DNA of 64,000 nt from Macrostomum lignano. Its lineage: Eukaryota. Under the pieces are notes generated by a model that worked only from the letters and a program-made list of their open reading frames with translations, made no database searches and had not been told where the DNA came from. Where the stretch lies: contig NIVC01000866.1 in NCBI GenBank assembly GCA_002269645.1, positions 324,441 to 388,440 on the forward strand. Direction: 5' to 3'. The position numbers and the translations under genes were made by a program. Shown in pieces: positions 60,218 to 64,000 of the stretch (the stretch's first letter is position 1; every line of letters starts with the position of its first letter).

Positions 60218-61625
60218 CAGTGATGGGCACTAGCGCCGCTAAATTTGAATTCCGCTAAAGCGCCGCTAAGTTGCTAACGTTTTGTTAGCACCGCTAATTC
60301 CGCTAAATTGAAATTCCAATTAGTGCGCTATCAAAGTGCCACTAATATTTTCTGAAAATGCTAATTGCGCTAAAGTGCTAAACTCATTTTTTGCTATAAA
60401 ACTAGATGGTTAATGACTGTTTGATAGGTCTATTTAAAATGAGACCCAATTTGAGTAATAAGTTAAAGATTACATAAATCCACTTATATTAAATCTCTAA
60501 TATGTTTTTAATTTTCTTAGAAATGCAAAACAAAAATCAAATTTCTTTTTTTGCTTTTGTTATCAACAATTAATATTGTTTTTGTCATTGACAATAAAAG
60601 TTTTCTTATTACTTTTAATTCATTAGCAAAAAGTTGTTGATTAGTTTAATTGAATTTGATAATTTAATCAAAGAATTCAACTTTCAACTCAGCCATAGTC
60701 AGGAAGGTGGCAATGGCAAGTGCACGCGGGAATCAATTTATGGAAAAATCCTTGGTGCACGCCAATGTACGCCAATTTTTTAAAACCCTTAACATGACGT
60801 TTCTGTTGCACGCCAAAAATCTTGAATACCAAAAATCATGTATGCCTCATGTACGTGTGATTTGAATATTAACCGTATTAGATACTATTTTTAAATAAAT
60901 TTTCTACTTACGTTAAACAAAGTTTATATAAAAAAGGAAATTCGCTACAAAGAACATAGTGAGTATCAAAAACTTTTTCTTCACATTTCAAGAAACAAAT
61001 AAACTAAAAGTCTACAAGAGTCACAAAATAAAAGCGTTTAAAAGTTATTGGATATTTTAATTTTAATGTAGGCTATAGAGTGTAGGCCTGGCTGTAGGCT
61101 AGGCTATAGCCTCAACTAGTTGGTTTAATCAATATTCAAATTCAATTGTTCACGTTTAACTTTATATATTGTATATATATAGTGTATACATCTATATCTG
61201 ACTTGTTGATATACTGTCAGTTTGTAATGGCACGCCAAGGTTACATGCCAAGTAAAAAACTTGTACGCTGAAAATTTAGGTGTGGCTTAAGACCCCTATT
61301 TGCACGCCAAATTTGCACGCCAAAATTTTAGCATGGCTTGTGCACGCAGGAAAATTCCCGCGTGCAGGCCACCTTCCTGAATATGGCAACTTAGTTGATA
61401 TTCTAAGCAATGATGCGAAGCGATAAGCTATATCAACAGGGTGATATTGGGGTTAGAAAATCCCAAACCACCATTTCAAGCTGATGATCTTGCTTTCCTT
61501 CTTGAGTATAAGAAGGTTATGGCCACGGTGGCAAGGGCCCTTGATGTTTTTCAAGGCAATCAGCATTGTAATTTAGGAACTCTTTTTACCAACTGTTGCT
61601 CTGACAGTTCAGCGGCTTGAGGATT
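60218..61625 (+). mobile_element. hAT (Ac-like) relic: terminus-like CAGTGATGGG plus a degenerate transposase fragment
   Basis: CAGTGATGGG followed by GCGCCGCTAA-type subterminal repeats; 61485-61620 translates as DLAFLLEYKKVMATVARALDVFQGNQHCNLGTL/LPTV, resembling the hAT E..L.EY..VM.P.A.ALD.LQG motif. Confidence 0.5.
60692..61387. mobile_element. About 700-bp MITE nested in the hAT relic
   Basis: TIRs GCCATA[G/T]TCAGGAAGGTGGC and a second inverted pair TGCACGCGGGAAT; many internal GCACGCCAA motifs; TSD unclear. Confidence 0.6.
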
Positions 61626-62237
61626 TTTTTAGCTATTGACATGAAACTTTCCAAAAATGAATAAGGGGCCTACTTTCATTATGAAAACATTTTAAAAGTG
61701 TTTACAAATGTCTATATTTGTTAATTCAAAGGCTAGACAAACCTCTTGAGGTGGCATAATCCATGTTGGGGCAGAAGTTTGTTCGCTAGCCATTTTTAAA
61801 TGGAAAGCACTTTATTTGCAGTATTTACAATTTAGCAATACCCTTTTCTTTAAAGCCTTAGAGCTTGTAACTAATTTTGGCCATAGACCTTTTTTGCCAG
61901 TGATATCAGTGCTGACAGCATACAAATTCAAAATTGCATAATTGTTAATAGCTGTTAAATTTTAAAAAAATCCAGAAAAACCCAGAAATTGCAATAAAAG
62001 TTAACTTACAACCCCCTACAAATAAAATTTTAATGCCAAAACACTTCTAAAATGTTGGCATTAATGGCCCATAATAATTCATTTTTGGAAAGTTCCATGT
62101 TAATAGCTAAAAAAGATGCATAAAGTGAATCTAATAAACAATTCTGCAAGTTGCAAGATAGCCAAAATTTCATCATTTATGCCAGACTAATGCCTGGCTT
62201 ATATGTAATGCATGCTAGGCATATTGCCTGGACAAGG

Positions 62238-62597
62238 GGGGCCATAGCCCAGCAGTCTAGCACAGGCTCTAGTGTGCCAGCAACCCAGGCTCGATTCCAA
62301 GTGCAGTCACATTAATTTGGGACTGAATTGGAATCTCGGCTTGGCTCTGCTCATGCAATTAATGGCCTTGAGGGCCAACCCCCCAAGGCACAGTGAAGTG
62401 TCCATGCCTAACGATAAATAAAGTTAGGGCCGTTGTATACTCCTGTGTGAGTGTGTGCCTGCGATGTATCCGTGCGCTTGTATGCCTGCTTAGGGGAGTC
62501 AGCGGAATGGGCAGTAATGTCTCTTACTGGTTATGTACCTATGTTGCTTAAAGTGCAACAGGGTGCACACAACCTCCCTGCTTCTAATAAAAGAAAT
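62238..62597 (+). mobile_element. tRNA-derived SINE-like element, copy 2
   Basis: Aligns by eye with 290-620, including the B-box GGCTCGATTCC (62288-62298); it has an extra internal stretch of about 30-40 bp. Confidence 0.65.
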
Positions 62598-63898
62598 ATT
62601 GCATGGACTAGGAGGGGGTGTGCACAATTTGTACAAAAATTTTTCATTTCAAAAAAGTTTAATGTTTTTATTTGAGTGGAAGAGAAAAGTGATAGAAAAT
62701 ATTTTATGCAAATGTCTGTCAAATAACCAGTGGCAGTTCACCCTACTACATAATATTTTTTAAGGCTTTATTTAAAAACATTTTTTACGAAAATTAACTT
62801 GTGAAAACTGAATGACCTTTTAAGGAGAATTTTTTATTGTACATTTTAAGAACATTTTTGTTTTTGATGTACACTGCCATTGGCATATATTTAACTGAGA
62901 TAGGGTTCTTGTTGAGGCATATATTTACACAATCCACAACCCTAGGCAAGAACTATTAGAGTTCCAATATTGGAACCTATTTTTAATAGCTATGGATCAG
63001 GTCATAGTTTGACAGGCAACACATGCTAGGATTTCCCAACGTACTATAAGGGAACTTGGCATTTTTTAATGTATATTAGCATATATCCCAGGGTATATGA
63101 CAGTGAAAAAATTTCAGCTTATATCTATAGCATGCTTGCATATATGATAGGATAGTGGCATAGCTAAGATTTTGAAAAGGGGGATAACTTTAAAGGACAA
63201 AATTATAGACTAAGAAAAAGTTTTTTTTGCAATTTTTTGCTTAAAATATACATTTAAAAAGTACCAAAACCATGCTTATTAGGCAAAAAGACTTTACTTT
63301 GTTAAAATCAGAATAAAGCCCACAGACTTCTGTCCTGACTAAGGCATTTTAAGAATTAGGGATTTGTAGAAATATCATTTAAAACATTTTAATAGTAATT
63401 TATGAGTGAAATATACTATTTTTGTGCAATTTTGCTAAATCTAAGCCACTTTATTTGTTTTTTCTTCAAAAACCTATTTTTGTTTCCTATAAATCATCAA
63501 AATGGAGGATGTATTTTTGGACCCCCCTACCTACACTACTTACTTATTTCTTTCTTACGCCAAGCCTATAACCTAAATTCTATCCTATCCTAGACCCTAA
63601 TTTCTAAACCCTAACCTTAACTTAAACCTTGTGTAAAACCTATCTTAGACCCCAATTCCTAAACCCTAGTCCCTAACCCTTAACACAAACCTTACCTAAA
63701 CCCTGATTTCTCTTTGCTTATTGGGCGCCCCAAAGGGGGCATTAGATTGCTAGTCCATATACTAAAAATTCCAACTAATTATCATAGACTGATTGTGGCT
63801 GATTTCCCCTTATTATTGCAGCTCCACACGTATCTTTGAAGCGCAAGCACCATAGAAAGTTTAAAATTTAAATAAAAGTTTGTTAATCTCCAAATCAA

Positions 63899-64000
63899 AT
63901 GAGTAAGAAACGAAAGCTGACCAATGGTCAGTTGTCGCCAAGCAGCAATAATGCCGCTAAGAAGCAGCGCCGATCGCAGCAAAAGCAGAAGACTGGCAGC
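63899..64000 (+). CDS. Possible start of a gene running off the window (MSKKRKLTNGQLSPSSNNAAKKQRRSQQKQKTGS)
   Basis: ATG followed by an open, GC-richer frame with an NLS-like KKRK; only 34 codons are visible. Confidence 0.3.
   Translation, partial: MSKKRKLTNGQLSPSSNNAAKKQRRSQQKQKTGS

Overview
Eukaryotic (animal) genomic DNA with spliceosomal introns, GC-rich exons and AT-rich, repeat-dense intergenic DNA. The style suggests a free-living flatworm such as Macrostomum, but that is an inference I cannot confirm here. Host genes: a NOMPC/TRPN mechanosensitive channel (minus strand, at least 19 exons, 795-15154, 3' end unresolved), ribosomal protein RPL7 (minus strand, 2 coding exons), and four paralogous rhodopsin-class orphan GPCRs (one truncated, two near-identical and intronless, one diverged with a 65-bp intron the others lack). 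Mobile DNA: an intact young Ty3/Gypsy element (identical 181-bp LTRs, tRNA-Leu PBS, -1 frameshift signal) flanked by a 381-bp duplication of the GPCR upstream region instead of a normal TSD; a defective hAT element with an 8-bp TSD; a CMC/EnSpm relic inserted into an (ATCAGY)n microsatellite; a family of CAAGGAC-ended elements from 1 kb down to 55 bp or less; a 5'-truncated RTE LINE; two copies of a tRNA-derived SINE; several MITEs; and many mini- and microsatellites. No CRISPR array, rRNA or bona fide tRNA gene was found. All coordinates and counts were read by eye.
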